NCBI RefSeq assembly: GCF_008831285.2 | Contig: NC_045138.2 | Location: 24,428,001-24,492,000, forward strand | Source: Nymphaea colorata | Lineage: Eukaryota | Length of the DNA stretch: 64,000 nucleotides | Direction: 5' to 3' | In this document: in pieces, positions 13,991-25,741 of the stretch | How the letters are laid out: each line of letters opens with the position of its first letter | Numbering within the stretch: position 1 is the stretch's first letter | Program-made: the position numbers and the translations under genes | The notes under the pieces: generated by a model | What the model was told of the DNA's origin: nothing | Databases searched by the model: none | What the model saw: only the letters and a program-made list of their open reading frames with translations

Positions 13991-15649
13991 GGGGGAAGGA
14001 CAGGGACGTTTACACGTTCTGAGATTATGTGGTAGAAAAAATTACTCGCTCAATTAAAACGCTTTACGACGTCCTCTGCTTACAAAAACACCGCATGACA
14101 TTATTCTTAATTCAGATTAATACCTCGAGATATCTTGAATGTATAAAAACATACCATTCACTCGTCCATATATTATAGCTACAACCATATCTGAGGACCA
14201 GGTATTTAAAGCTTTAACGATACAGATTCGACCTCGTTGCCCGAATTGTACTCGAAAAGATCGTACAGTTAAAGCAGGATTTAGAATGAAGCCAAATTCT
14301 GACTCCAAATCTCGACTGAACTCTAAATAATAAGACTTATTTATGATATTAGGACGTCAATGGTTGGATACTGTTCCATATTATATGATCCGAACTCTAA
14401 CCCGATTTGTAAGATTCGATTAGAAATCTGAACCTGAACTAGATTTGCATTTGTCCCCGATTTCGAGATGAGAAAGCTCTATCTAAACTCCAATAACAAT
14501 GAGAAGAACAGGAAGATTCAATTTTCATCAAATTATCTTTGACCACAACTCTCGGCCGAGGCAGTGACAAGCCGGATTGAATATTTTTCAGTTATATATT
14601 CATGATCCAACCAGTTCACTGCGGGCGTAAGGGAGTGAAAAAAACGAAAGATACGTTGTTGAGGCGGGAATTTGAAATATGGGAAGGGTTCAGAGTGTTT
14701 TCCGTAGAGTAGCGGAGAGAGAGGCACGGGGACGCAACCGGGGAACCGACACGTGGTGAAGGGGCGGAGGGAGGAGGGAGCGGTGTCCCGGTTGGCCTGA
14801 GGGGCTGCACTGCATGGGAGTCGCGTGGCGAAAATGTTGCGTTTTCCCAAAGCCACCAAGGCGGGTCGCTTCCACTTCAGGTCTGCTATCCGAGTAGGGA
14901 CAGGGCTATGGCTATGCAGTGTGGTGCCTCGTTTCGTTTGTGCTTAGTACCGCCTTTGCACGATACGGTTCTCGGATTTTATTACTTTAACATAAAGAAG
15001 AAGTCTTAATTTTCGAGTTATTTTTTTTAAATTACATATTTTGTAAATTTCTTATAAAAAATAATTTTGTTAAACACCGTGGCGTCAAATAGGAGCAAAA
15101 GTATCAAAGTGAAACTCCATTAACTCTTGAGAAAAGAAAATGCTAGTTATTATTTTCAATCGTTAAAGTGTGTTCGTATTTCTTGGTTAACAGACTTTTA
15201 AAAAATTAAATTGTGGTCAGCATGACTTTTATTTAAAACTGCAATATGAGGTTGATCTAAAAAACTTTTTATATTGATCTATAACATAAACAAACACCCA
15301 ATTTAAGATATCAAAGAGAATTTGATATCTTCAGTTTAGTCAAAACTTCAGATATGAGAGAAGGGAGGAGGTGGCGTGATTTTAAATTCATGAATCTAAA
15401 ATTTTCAATTACCTGAAATTACCTCACGGATCCAAGGCTATCTTTCCTTGTCAGCATATTTTCGAAAATTAGTTCCTCCTCTAGAATTTGTTGTTGGTCG
15501 CCTTTTTGCCATTAAGAAACGAAACAACTTAATTACCTACTTATCTCTTAATTAATTACAAAAGTGAACATGTACTTCCATCTGCGAGTCTTAAGTTTGA
15601 CCGACTTTATATTGGATAGGCTTAAACGTAATGAATCGCACTTGAAGAT

Positions 15650-16320
15650 CTGACCTGAAACTGACTGTGCGTTACTTGCATCTTCAGAAATTTTAAAAGT
15701 ATTTCAGATCTGATCTGATTCACATTATGAACGAAATCGGAAAATGAACTCACTCGAAGTACCTCAAATAGTGAAACGGAAGAATAATAAGAAGGAACCT
15801 GCAAGTTTCAAACTGAAGAAGAAGAAGGAAGAAGATGAATAGAAAAAAGCAACGCAATAGGAGAATCAACGGAAGAAAAAGCCGCAGGAGCAGAGAAGAG
15901 GAAAAGCGTTCTGAGCGATGAGCTCGAGCCAAATGATTTTAGCACAAAAACGACATTTTAATTGCGTATGTTTCTTCTTTAAGATGAAGAAGGCAGAAAA
16001 GCGCGGAGGATACCTCTGATGAGAATCGAGATGGACGAGGAGCGGGAGGAGGGAATACCTTCGCCGCCGCCGGCAGCTCAACAGTCAATGGCGGCGGTCG
16101 GGACTGTGATCGGAGGAGCTTCAACAGGTTCGTTCTCTCTCCCGACGTTTTCAATCGAATTTGGAGCCTGAAACGAGTGAAAGGAACCCTCGATATTTGA
16201 TTTGCGCCTGATTTAGGGTTTCGACAGAAAAATCGGCCGATTTTTCTGAAGTTTAAACCTTTCCGTTCGGCCCAGGCCATCATCAAATAAAAAGAATGGC
16301 GGATTGGGGCCCAAATTTGA
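15650..16320 (-). promoter_or_regulatory. Promoter/5'-leader-like CpG-rich region with no associated coding sequence
   Basis: GGCCCA site-II-like motifs (~16269, ~16308), telo-box AAACCCTAA on minus (~16213-16221), CpG-rich leader, donor-like sites (~16057, 16013) and a pyrimidine-rich intron-like tract. Confidence 0.4.
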
Positions 16321-17459
16321 CAACATCTTCCTTTAAAATAATCATTAATTTAAGACAGCGTCAGACGGTTGGATGGAAAACAAAAAAATATGCATTAAAT
16401 TTTGACGAAATCTTCCAGCCGGATATGATCCATTTGCAATGTTGTCAGTAACTAAACAAATCCCTTGCCAAAGAATTTGGAAAACAAACTCACGTTTTAA
16501 AATATTATCACGTCTCATTAGATAGAAGCATATTGCCCGAGTTGAGTTTGATAATCTTATCTCCTGCCTGAGTTTATAAGTTACGAAACGCTCTCAAATT
16601 GGAAAGAAACTCGAAGTTATCACTCGTTGAAAATTTATTATGTTAATCGCCCATAGGATGGGGTCGTCAATATAGAAAGAGTAAAAAATCTCGTCCTCAT
16701 GAGGCCTCGAGCACGTGGAGATGGACTCGAAATCTCTGACCGCCCATGGGCTTCGACCGAATCGACCGTCAGATCCGACTTGGCGCGCACTTGATCTTAC
16801 ACAAAACAATTAATTTAAAACCCTAAAAATGCGCAGAGCCGGCCTCCTTTTTAGGCTTCTCCGGTTAATCTCCCTTTCAAAGCCACTTATTTATTTTTTA
16901 TTGTTGTTCTTTCAATGAAATAATCAACTAATGGGCTTGTTTTCTTTTCTTTCTTTTTTTCTTTTATGGTTTAGCCATGAATATAGAAATCATGGGTATT
17001 AATAATTTTATGAGCCCAATGCTCGAGCTTTCTTCTTTTCCTTTTAGCACTCGAAAGAATACCTGACCTGTTTTGCCTTTATAAAGACATACTTGAAGAA
17101 TATAATTTCTTCATAGATTAGGTGGTTGCATTAATTGCAATGGAGGGCCAAAAAATAATAAAGAAGCTTGGCCCCGACAAGCGTCCGGTCTAATGAATAA
17201 GCGTAGAAAAAGAGTTGGTCTCGGCCTTCTTTAATCATTTTACAGAAAATATTCTTATATTTTACAGTCAACCACATGAGTTAAGCATGAAACAGAGTGG
17301 GAGAAGTTCTCAATGTAGCACCAAAAGTTAGGCACTTACTTTGTAGCTTTGGTTGAAAATTAGGCTGCCTTGGTTGAGTTTTTGCTCGTCACTCACGTCA
17401 CATCTTAAAGTATACGTGGTTAGTTTGGACTCGCTTGATGGTGAATCTAAGGTAGTTTG

Positions 17460-17590
17460 GCTTAAAAAAAAATAAAAATAAAAATTGACATGTAAATTTT
17501 TAAAAATTTCACTTGTTTTATATAAAATTTTGAAAATTCGGCACTAGTCCAAATTTTAAAATTTTAATTTTACTCATTTCATGAAAATAT
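17460..17590. mobile_element. Partial copy of MITE family A
   Basis: AATTGACATGTAAATTTTTAAAAATTTCACTTGTTTTATATAAAATTTTGAAAA core. Confidence 0.65.
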
Positions 17591-18849
17591 ATGTTATCTA
17601 TGAAGGTGTGTTTGATAGCATGAGATATTGATTTGAAGGTTTTTGTTTTTTTCTGTATTAGACTCATAAAATAAATAAATGCAAAGTTTCATTGATTGAA
17701 TCATTAAAATTTACAAGCAAAGTGAATGTCCACCAGTGGACCAATTGATAGATAGCTTTTTGGATTTTTCTCATCGTCTGACAAAAAAAAAATCTAGCTA
17801 CATTTGAAAACTTTGGATCGAATAGGACAGTAGTAAAAAGAAATATTCCAAGGAGAATGATGAAAATGTCAATAACTATCCGCTAGCAAGGTAAATTTTC
17901 CACAGCAACAGACAGAGAGGCGATGGCCGACTTAGAAATTTAAGTTAGAAGCAAAAAAAAATGTGTATACATGAAGTATTTTTTATACCTTAAAAGTATT
18001 TTGACAAGTAGAAAGGGGAGAAAAGGGGGCTGTGTCCCCTTGACTTATATGTAAATCACTAAATCTGTCATTTGTTCCAAGAAGTGTGATATAATTCACC
18101 ATGTTGTTTCTAAATCCAACAATTATAGACACAACTATATTATATTTTTAGAACAAGAACATTATGTTCGTTTTTGTAAAATGTGTTATAAAAGCACTTT
18201 TTTTTTTTAAATCAAACACGACCAATGTTAGTGTATTTTCATGACAACCAATACTTTATATCAGTTCATTTCATTTAAGGAGTGCTCGACATTAGATTAC
18301 GTCAAGAACGATGCATAGATTGAACCAAAAAAATGCATCCAGTTTTGCCTTGTGCTTTTTCAATACTATTTCTACCGGAGTTAATTTCCAGTCCCGGTTA
18401 AGGATCCCGTGTTTGCAAACATCTACACGTGATCGTCATTAAATGGATTTGTCGGTGCTTATTTTTTTATTGGACCTCTTTAGGTCGCTACCGAACCGGA
18501 CTACGTTCATGGATCCAGGTCATGAAATCGAAGAGATCAGATCTCACTTGAATTGCCGACGTTAATGGCTTCGTACTAGATGCAGCGATGCATAAAATTT
18601 ATTCATCGATATTTTGCTTTGATCCTAGAAGTATCTAATAAAAAATTTAAGATCCAATTTATTGTTCCTTGCGATCAATGCCCGCTTTCATTACATTGTC
18701 ACCCTGTTGATGCCATAATAAATATAATTCCGTGTGGACCTTGGTTCAAATAGACCCTCTATTTTTTATTGACAAGTTGTGATAGACGCATTCTTCCAAA
18801 AGGGCGCATCAAACAAATTTCACCTCTTTAAACCTAGATCCAAGAAGAT

Positions 18850-19027
18850 CAGGCGCAGAACCATGAGACAGGCAGGGGCCATGGCCTCCTCTCAATTTTA
18901 GATAAAAAAAAAGAAATGTATTCTAAAAAAATAATTTAATATACATAAAAATTTTGAAACCATTCACCGTTAAAAGTTTGAGAGTATAATCTGTTCCTTA
19001 ATGAAAATTTTCTAGTTCCAGCCCCAG
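18850..19027. mobile_element. Degenerate near-full-length copy of MITE family A
   Basis: GC-rich left end (CAGGCGCAGAACCA..GGGGCCATGGCCTCCTCTCAA), AT-rich core, right end TTTCTAGTTCCAGCCCCAG. Confidence 0.55.
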
Positions 19028-19384
19028 AGACATACAAGATTCATTTATCTTCCTTTACCTTCTATACTTTTCTTTTTCTTGCATCAAAAGTGAAAATCCG
19101 TTTATTACATCAGGCCTAACAAAAAAAATTCAATAATATAAACTGGCACCAAGGTGCATTGGGAGTATAACATTGGAAATTAGTTACATCATGCTAATAT
19201 ACAACTATATGTTCTTATAATTACATAATACAATAGTTGCGAGACAAGTTGCAATCCCTACTTTATGAGGAAAAGTCGGGAAGAAAAGAGAAGATTTCAG
19301 TAATGGCAGGTCCCACTTTGAAGAAGCAATCCCTTAAGAGGGAATGGGACAAAAATTTGAGTTTGCATATAGGTCATAATCTTT

Positions 19385-19389
<5 letters not shown>

Positions 19390-19466
<77 letters not shown>
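19390..19466. repeat. (TA)n microsatellite
   Basis: Uninterrupted TA run; it explains the IYIYIY ORFs in the track. Confidence 0.98.
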
Positions 19467-19470
<4 letters not shown>

Positions 19471-20253
19471 ATAAAGTGAAGCAACGAAGATGGCACCAAA
19501 TCAGTTCAATGAAACCTCTTGCTTTGTTTTCCATCATATATATTTGTGTACTGCAAGTGGTACAAAAAAAAAAAAAAAAGACCTGTAATCTTGAGCATAT
19601 GCTCCCCATTCAAACAAAGCATAGAATGTCCCGTGACACTCTACCTCCAAAAATCTTATCACACGTTTGAGGGTACCAGAGAAAAGGGGAGGCCAACGTC
19701 TTGAGACACGGGGTGTCTCGTAACTTTTGTCTTCCATCATTCAAACACTCAATGCATTCATGAAACACCGTGTTTTGCCTCATTCTTGTTACCAGATGCT
19801 AGCTCGAATGATAGATAGAGCAAGTCAGGTAGCTTCGCTTACCAAATGATAAAGACATTGCTGGTGACGGCGCTATGTTGCACAAGTCGACAATTTTTTC
19901 CAGCTGACATATGGAAATGTGACAAATATTACAAGAGAAATGCACATTTTTCACTTGCATATTCAAGTTTAACTTTTAATTGTTCATAAAGTGATAGATG
20001 TTTTATTTTGAAATAATAAAGTTTTGTTATCGCTAGTCTTGCAAATGTAAATGGTAAGAATAAGAAACATCCAAAACAAAAGAAATGAACTTGAGTTGGA
20101 CTTCATCGAGGCTCGAAACAAGTTAGAACTTGCCAAACATAAGGGCATCACTTTGAGGGGACTGTTTTTTCAAAGTAAACATTAAAAAAGAAATGATAGA
20201 AACTACACACATCAGGCAAGGGAAGGGTTCACTAGCAAGCTTGAACAACAGGT

Positions 20254-20510
20254 TTGGGTACCCGACACATACCCGGTAACCAGTTCGGGTCGACTCAATT
20301 AATTTTTTTATTATTTTTATATTCAAATTTTTTTTATTTTGCATTTAAAAAAGATATTGTTTTTTATTTTAATCGGGTCAGGCCAGGCCGAACTTCTGTT
20401 TGGGTATCGGATATTGGGCTGCAGCCCAAGCTCAGGTTTCAAGCGTCGGGCCGACCCGAACCCAACTCTTATCGAGTCGGGTCAGGCAGAGTCGATCGGA
20501 TGCACAAGTT
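20254..20510. mobile_element. DNA-transposon end/MITE remnant rich in TCGGGT/ACCCGA motifs
   Basis: Multiple TCGGGT, ACCCGA and GGCC motifs around an AT-rich core, as seen in subterminal regions of hAT-type elements. No TIR pair or TSD was verified. Confidence 0.45.
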
Positions 20511-20599
20511 TATTCACTAATTGGCAAAAGCATTGAATGGTCGAATTTGGATAGGCCGTCCATGTCATGTGAGCCTGATGGAGACTACTTGTCTAGAGT

Positions 20600-21530
20600 T
20601 TGGCATAAAGCCAAGTCACAAAGGAATTGGGTACGGTGGAAAATGACGAAACCCTTAAACAAGATCTCGATTCTTTTATCACAAGATGGGAGTTGAACTG
20701 CTTTTTGAAAGAAGTTCCACATCGATCAGGACAGTCGAGTGGCTTAAAGTTTTTCTCAATCTCTTTTTTCTTTTTTTTTTTGGTAAAATATTACCTTGTC
20801 AATGTTAGGAGTTTGTCGGATATGCAACTTAAAGGATTTTATGAGAAGATTGGATGGTCGAAATTGCTTTAATAATTAGAAGTTCTTAAAGAAAAGTAGT
20901 TCATGGAAAAAAAAAAAAAGAAAAAGAAATCTAATGCTTGATCCAAGGTGTAAAATATTTTCTTGACCTCGGAGGCATTATAAAAAACTAGACTTATATC
21001 TGAGAGTTCAGATGAACAAATACTTATGGCAGTTGGCGACAAGAAAATTTGGTACATAACAATCATTGAATTGAGGGATCAGATCGCTCGATTTCAACAT
21101 CCACTTCTGCTTATCACAAAATATGGTTTTGTCAACGAGGAGAGAAATTGTTCTAACAATGGGTTGTCATCACATAATCTCTGATTAGCGAAGATCAGTT
21201 TTTGGTCGCCAAAACTCGACATAGATCATGTTTTTCCTTATTCTAAACAGCATTTGCTACAAATCCATCGAACTTTGTAGCCTTAGGAAATCAAACACAA
21301 ACAAGTAATTTATAGCGCCCAACACATCCATACAATTGGAATTTTTTAGAATTCTTGCTTTAGTTACAGGTTTCAATAGAGGCGGAGTTAGAAATTTCTG
21401 GTTGAAGAACAGTAGTACTTAAACTTTAAGACTTTTAGAGGATAGAAATATGTAAATGAAGAAAATGGTTCTGGACCCTCTTCCAACTATATTGTATGCA
21501 TAAACGACTAGAGAGAGAATCATTAATCAG
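20600..21530 (+). pseudogene. Highly degraded BCS1-like plant AAA-ATPase relic
   Basis: Collinear fragments ENDETLKQDLDSFITR (~20640-20687), LKGFYEKIG (~20828-20854), SL..LDFNIH and LLITKYGFVNEERNCS (~21063-21154), ERII (~21513). These resemble DDLDRFVKRKEFYKRVG, LNFDIYD, LLxxTxNRSILVIEDIDCS and ERII. Broken by stops and insertions; no Walker A seen. Confidence 0.45.
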
Positions 21531-21761
21531 CAATCAATGTTCGCCTCCATGGTGGGATTAGGTTGGAGTGGTTATAGAGTCCTGGTGTGGGTCTCATCGT
21601 TGTGAAGCCGTCCCGCTAATCATGCAGAAAGCATGATAAGACATTTCACCTGTCTCCATGATTGAAGTCGATCTATCGGCCACGGATGTGAGCTCAGAAA
21701 CTCCACTGCCTTTCGCCGACCAATACTTTCTCGTGGTTTCTTTTTCTCTGAAACAAGCAAA

Positions 21762-22053
21762 GAGAGCCCCACGTGGTCGAGGAAGTCATGTATATAAATG
21801 TACACAGGAAGAATGTGAGAAGAAGAGCCATGCATGTTGAGGATGGGATGCATGCATTTAAATGCTAACAAAAGCTCTTCAAACAAGATAATTAAGAAGA
21901 TCATGAAACGAGAGCCCCACGTGGTTGAGGAACTTATGTATATAAATGTACGCATGAAAAATATGAGAAGAAAAGCCACACATGTTGAGGATGGAATGCA
22001 TGCGTTTAAATGCTAGCAAAAGCTCTTCAAACGAGATTAAGAGGATTATGAAA
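21762..22053. repeat. Two-copy tandem repeat, ~148-bp unit
   Basis: Units start GAGAGCCCCACGTGG at 21762 and 21910; each contains TATATAAATG and CATGC motifs. Confidence 0.9.
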
Positions 22054-22062
22054 GAAAAGAGT

Positions 22063-22065
<3 letters not shown>

Positions 22066-22130
<65 letters not shown>
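22066..22130. repeat. (CT)n(CA)n compound microsatellite
   Basis: Seen directly. Confidence 0.97.
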
Positions 22131-23420
22131 GTGGTCTTAGTTTCAGAAGTTTATGGCTCATGTTAACGCAAGCTATCCTGCAAGATTGGGTGGATGCCGG
22201 CGGAGTAGGTTATATTTCAGGCCCTAGCACGGGGCAGAGTCAGGCCTAGAAAATAATCTTAAAAGTGAAAATGAGCGAAGCTGGTTTTGTGCACACCTAT
22301 TTAAGAGTTGTATATGTAATAACCAAAATACCTCCATTAAAATTAAAAAAAAACAATTTTTAAGTAAAAAAAAGATTGTGAAAAAGTAAGAAGCTCAAAA
22401 TACCTATTGCTTTATAAGAATACAAAAATACACTCCACCCTTTGGTGCATACTTGTTGCCATGTGTGCACGAGAAAAAAAGTTTTTTTTTTTTTCTCTTA
22501 AAAAGTTAAACATACGTTTCTTTGATTAAAATGCCAAAACAGATCCCTAAAAGGCAGAATATGGAGATGGCGGAAACGGACACCTTCTAGAACGCTCCAT
22601 CATTGTATGAATGAATGGCATCTAAAACAAACAATACTGACGCAAAATATTGTTGTGATTGGAACTACCATTAACTTTGTTTGTGCAAGGGAAACCGGGC
22701 GAAGGGCCGAACTAGCTTAAAATCCATACCTTAGAAGGTGTTTGCTAACATCTCAATGGACGCGTCCCAAACTTGAGACACATTCAAAAGAGTGAAAGTA
22801 GTGGAACATTATCCAACACAGAATCTCCAATCCTTTCACAGTAGTTTGGGTTTGGGACAGAAGCTCTTTTTTTTTTTTCCTCATTGTCACAAAAGCAATA
22901 ATTCATGTAAGCACATTTTAATTTGTTTAAATGGGACATCCTATTCTTCTTTCTTCATCTTAACGTTCTCTATTCTCCCTCTCGCCACATAAACGGAAGA
23001 CAAGAATATGATTAACAGTTTATGTGCATTAGATGTCGGAGTCTTAAAGACAGATCCCTCACAGCTTTCGCCAACAGCCACGTTCCCAGCATTGGGTTTT
23101 TAACTCCAACAGCACTTTAATGCTTCCCCCATCTACCAATTCAAAGAATCTAGTTATTGATTGTTCCTATTGTTTTTAACGGTAAAAAAGTCTTGTTCTT
23201 TTCCCAAGAATACTTCTGCTTAATGGAAAAAATCTACCCAATTTGACGTTTTCTAAAGATACACGTACAAGCAGCCGTTAGGTGCTTCCTTTCTTTCCAA
23301 CCATCCCCAACATGGCCATCCACCACATAGAAGATGAACAAAAAATTACATATTTATATATATAAACAACAAAAAAATTTACACAGTAATCAAAGGCAGC
23401 GCACCGCCTCCACCAGCACT

Positions 23421-25705
23421 TTACCTTTTCCGGCTCGTGCCTGAGGAACCCTTTAGCCGCTTGGCTCTTCTTTCATCACTACACTTTGCAGTTCGTCCTG
23501 CACGTCTCTTTGCAGGAAAAGTTAGCTTAGCTCTATCCTCGCCATTCTTCCGGACATTGCGCATTTCTTTAGCAGCTTTACCAGCGGTAAGGTGCTTGCT
23601 TGGTCGGGCGCTACGAGGCTTTACTGGATTTGGCATTGGTTTGTCGAGAAGAACAGATCCCATATCCATGGTTTCAGGCTTATCCTTCTCCACAGTTTGA
23701 GGCTTTACTGGACTAGGAATTGAGTTGTCGAGAACTGATCCCTCACCACTAATCTGTTCCTTGTCCAAGAATTCCTTGAACATTTTGGTCACAAATTGTC
23801 GCAAACTTACGGCTGAATCATTCTCAGGCGAGTTCTTCCGGTAGTAAACTAGAGCATTGTTCAGTAGCAGCAGAAGATCCCTTAGCATCTCCAAACTTGT
23901 TCTGTAAGTTTTCCCGTCCACACTTCTCTTTATCATCTCCAGGTCAATATGCCTCCTGATCAGTCTTTTGTATCTAGGTCTCCTCTGTTTATTTGCAAGA
24001 AAGAATTTTGGCTCAAAAAGCGGAAATTGCAACAATTAATGCGATACACGCTATGATAATCAGAGGCTAGTAGATGACACTAACAAAGTTTGAACAAAGT
24101 GGGGAGGCAATAATAGCAGCTAATGCCATGAAGAATTTTTGCTCTCTGTCATTCTCTCGAGTAGCAATTTTAATGCTATTTCTAGCTTATTTGATATACA
24201 ATTGGTAATTGTGACTACTATAGCTCTGAATATTTACCAAATGCTATGATTATGATGCATGCCAACGGCAAACTCCCATATGTATAACTCAGAAAATTGA
24301 CAACCAAAATCAGAATCTTCTTTATTCAGGTTCTTTAACCCATGCATTCCTATGATAGCACCCGGGCAAAATTTGATTTCAACAATAATCTCCTGCTACC
24401 ATAATCCTACACATAGAGGACTACAAATACTACTTGGTCTCACCTGGCTCTCAAGCCTTCGACGAAAGACAGCTCCATCCTTGTGCTCCATAACGCAGTC
24501 AAGAAATTGAGGCAGCCAATCCAACCTTGAGACCATGCTTTCCTTCCTCTGGCTGTCGTCACTGGTAGCTTTGATGATCTTCTCATGATTTCTGGCGGTT
24601 TCAGTTGCTTTTTCTTTGACGATGACATCATTGGCAGAACTCAACACCTCGCTTTCCCCTGTGCCATAGACATCCTTTGTCCCCCCGCACACTTTCCTTC
24701 TCCTACCCCCTCTTCTCTTCCTTAGAGGCCCAACCTTCCCCTCATTCAACTCTGGTAATTCCAACTTCACGTTGTGCCTTGCTTCCTCAGGCTCCGCAGC
24801 TTCGACAACAGGAAGCTGGCTGTCTTGTGACCAGTCTCTCCCTCCTTCCTCCACATCCTGTGTGAAGCTACCAGCTGATGAACCTTCCTTAGACCTGTCC
24901 CTCCTAGCAGATTCCCCACCATCGACATTTTCGACGGGTGACAAGTGCAGCGGGCTTGAACCATTGTCCAACTCACCATCTCCTTTCTCAGCCTTGAGGT
25001 TTTCAATCTTCGACTGCAGAGATCTACAGCAAGTAATCAGTGAGTTCTGCAATCACTAAATTGCGCAAGTGGCCAGACATAAAAATAAAATAAATAAATA
25101 AACACATATATGCGTATACGAATATCGGAACGTACTACGTGTGAACTCATTAAGACTGCTCTGAGATGCTCGAACGAATAAATTTATAAAATGGTCTGAA
25201 GTCGATGTTTATTTTTTTGAAAACAATTAATTTGCGCATGATAATATGTAGGCCATGAAATTAGATTGACAAAGAACTCAAACTGGTTCTTATGGTTCAG
25301 TTATGATATTTCATGGTCCTCATTTTCTGCATACATATATTGTGGGGATATTGTTAAAATATTGATAATAATTTTTCAAAATCTTGACAAAGCACAAATG
25401 TGATAATTTTGCAAAACGCAATGAGCCATTTCTTAACATACTTTAATGTTTTTTGCCTTTTCATATTTCAATAACTAATTGGAATTTGGTCAATGCTTTC
25501 TGAGTACAAACCTCACAATTATAATTTTTTCTATTATTTGTTAAAATTTTTCTTCTTCCAGATCCACCAGATTATTTTGAGAAACAACAAACCTTTCAAG
25601 TAATACCTAAAAAACACCTCATAGATCAAATGAATGACATTCCCAAGTTTTGTGTGCCCTCGTGTCCCTTAAGTACAAGATAATGATCTCACTTGATCTA
25701 ATAAG

Positions 25706-25741
<36 letters not shown>

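Noticed and set aside
19237..19609. ORFs with IYIYIY runs
   Set aside because: Translation of a (TA)n microsatellite
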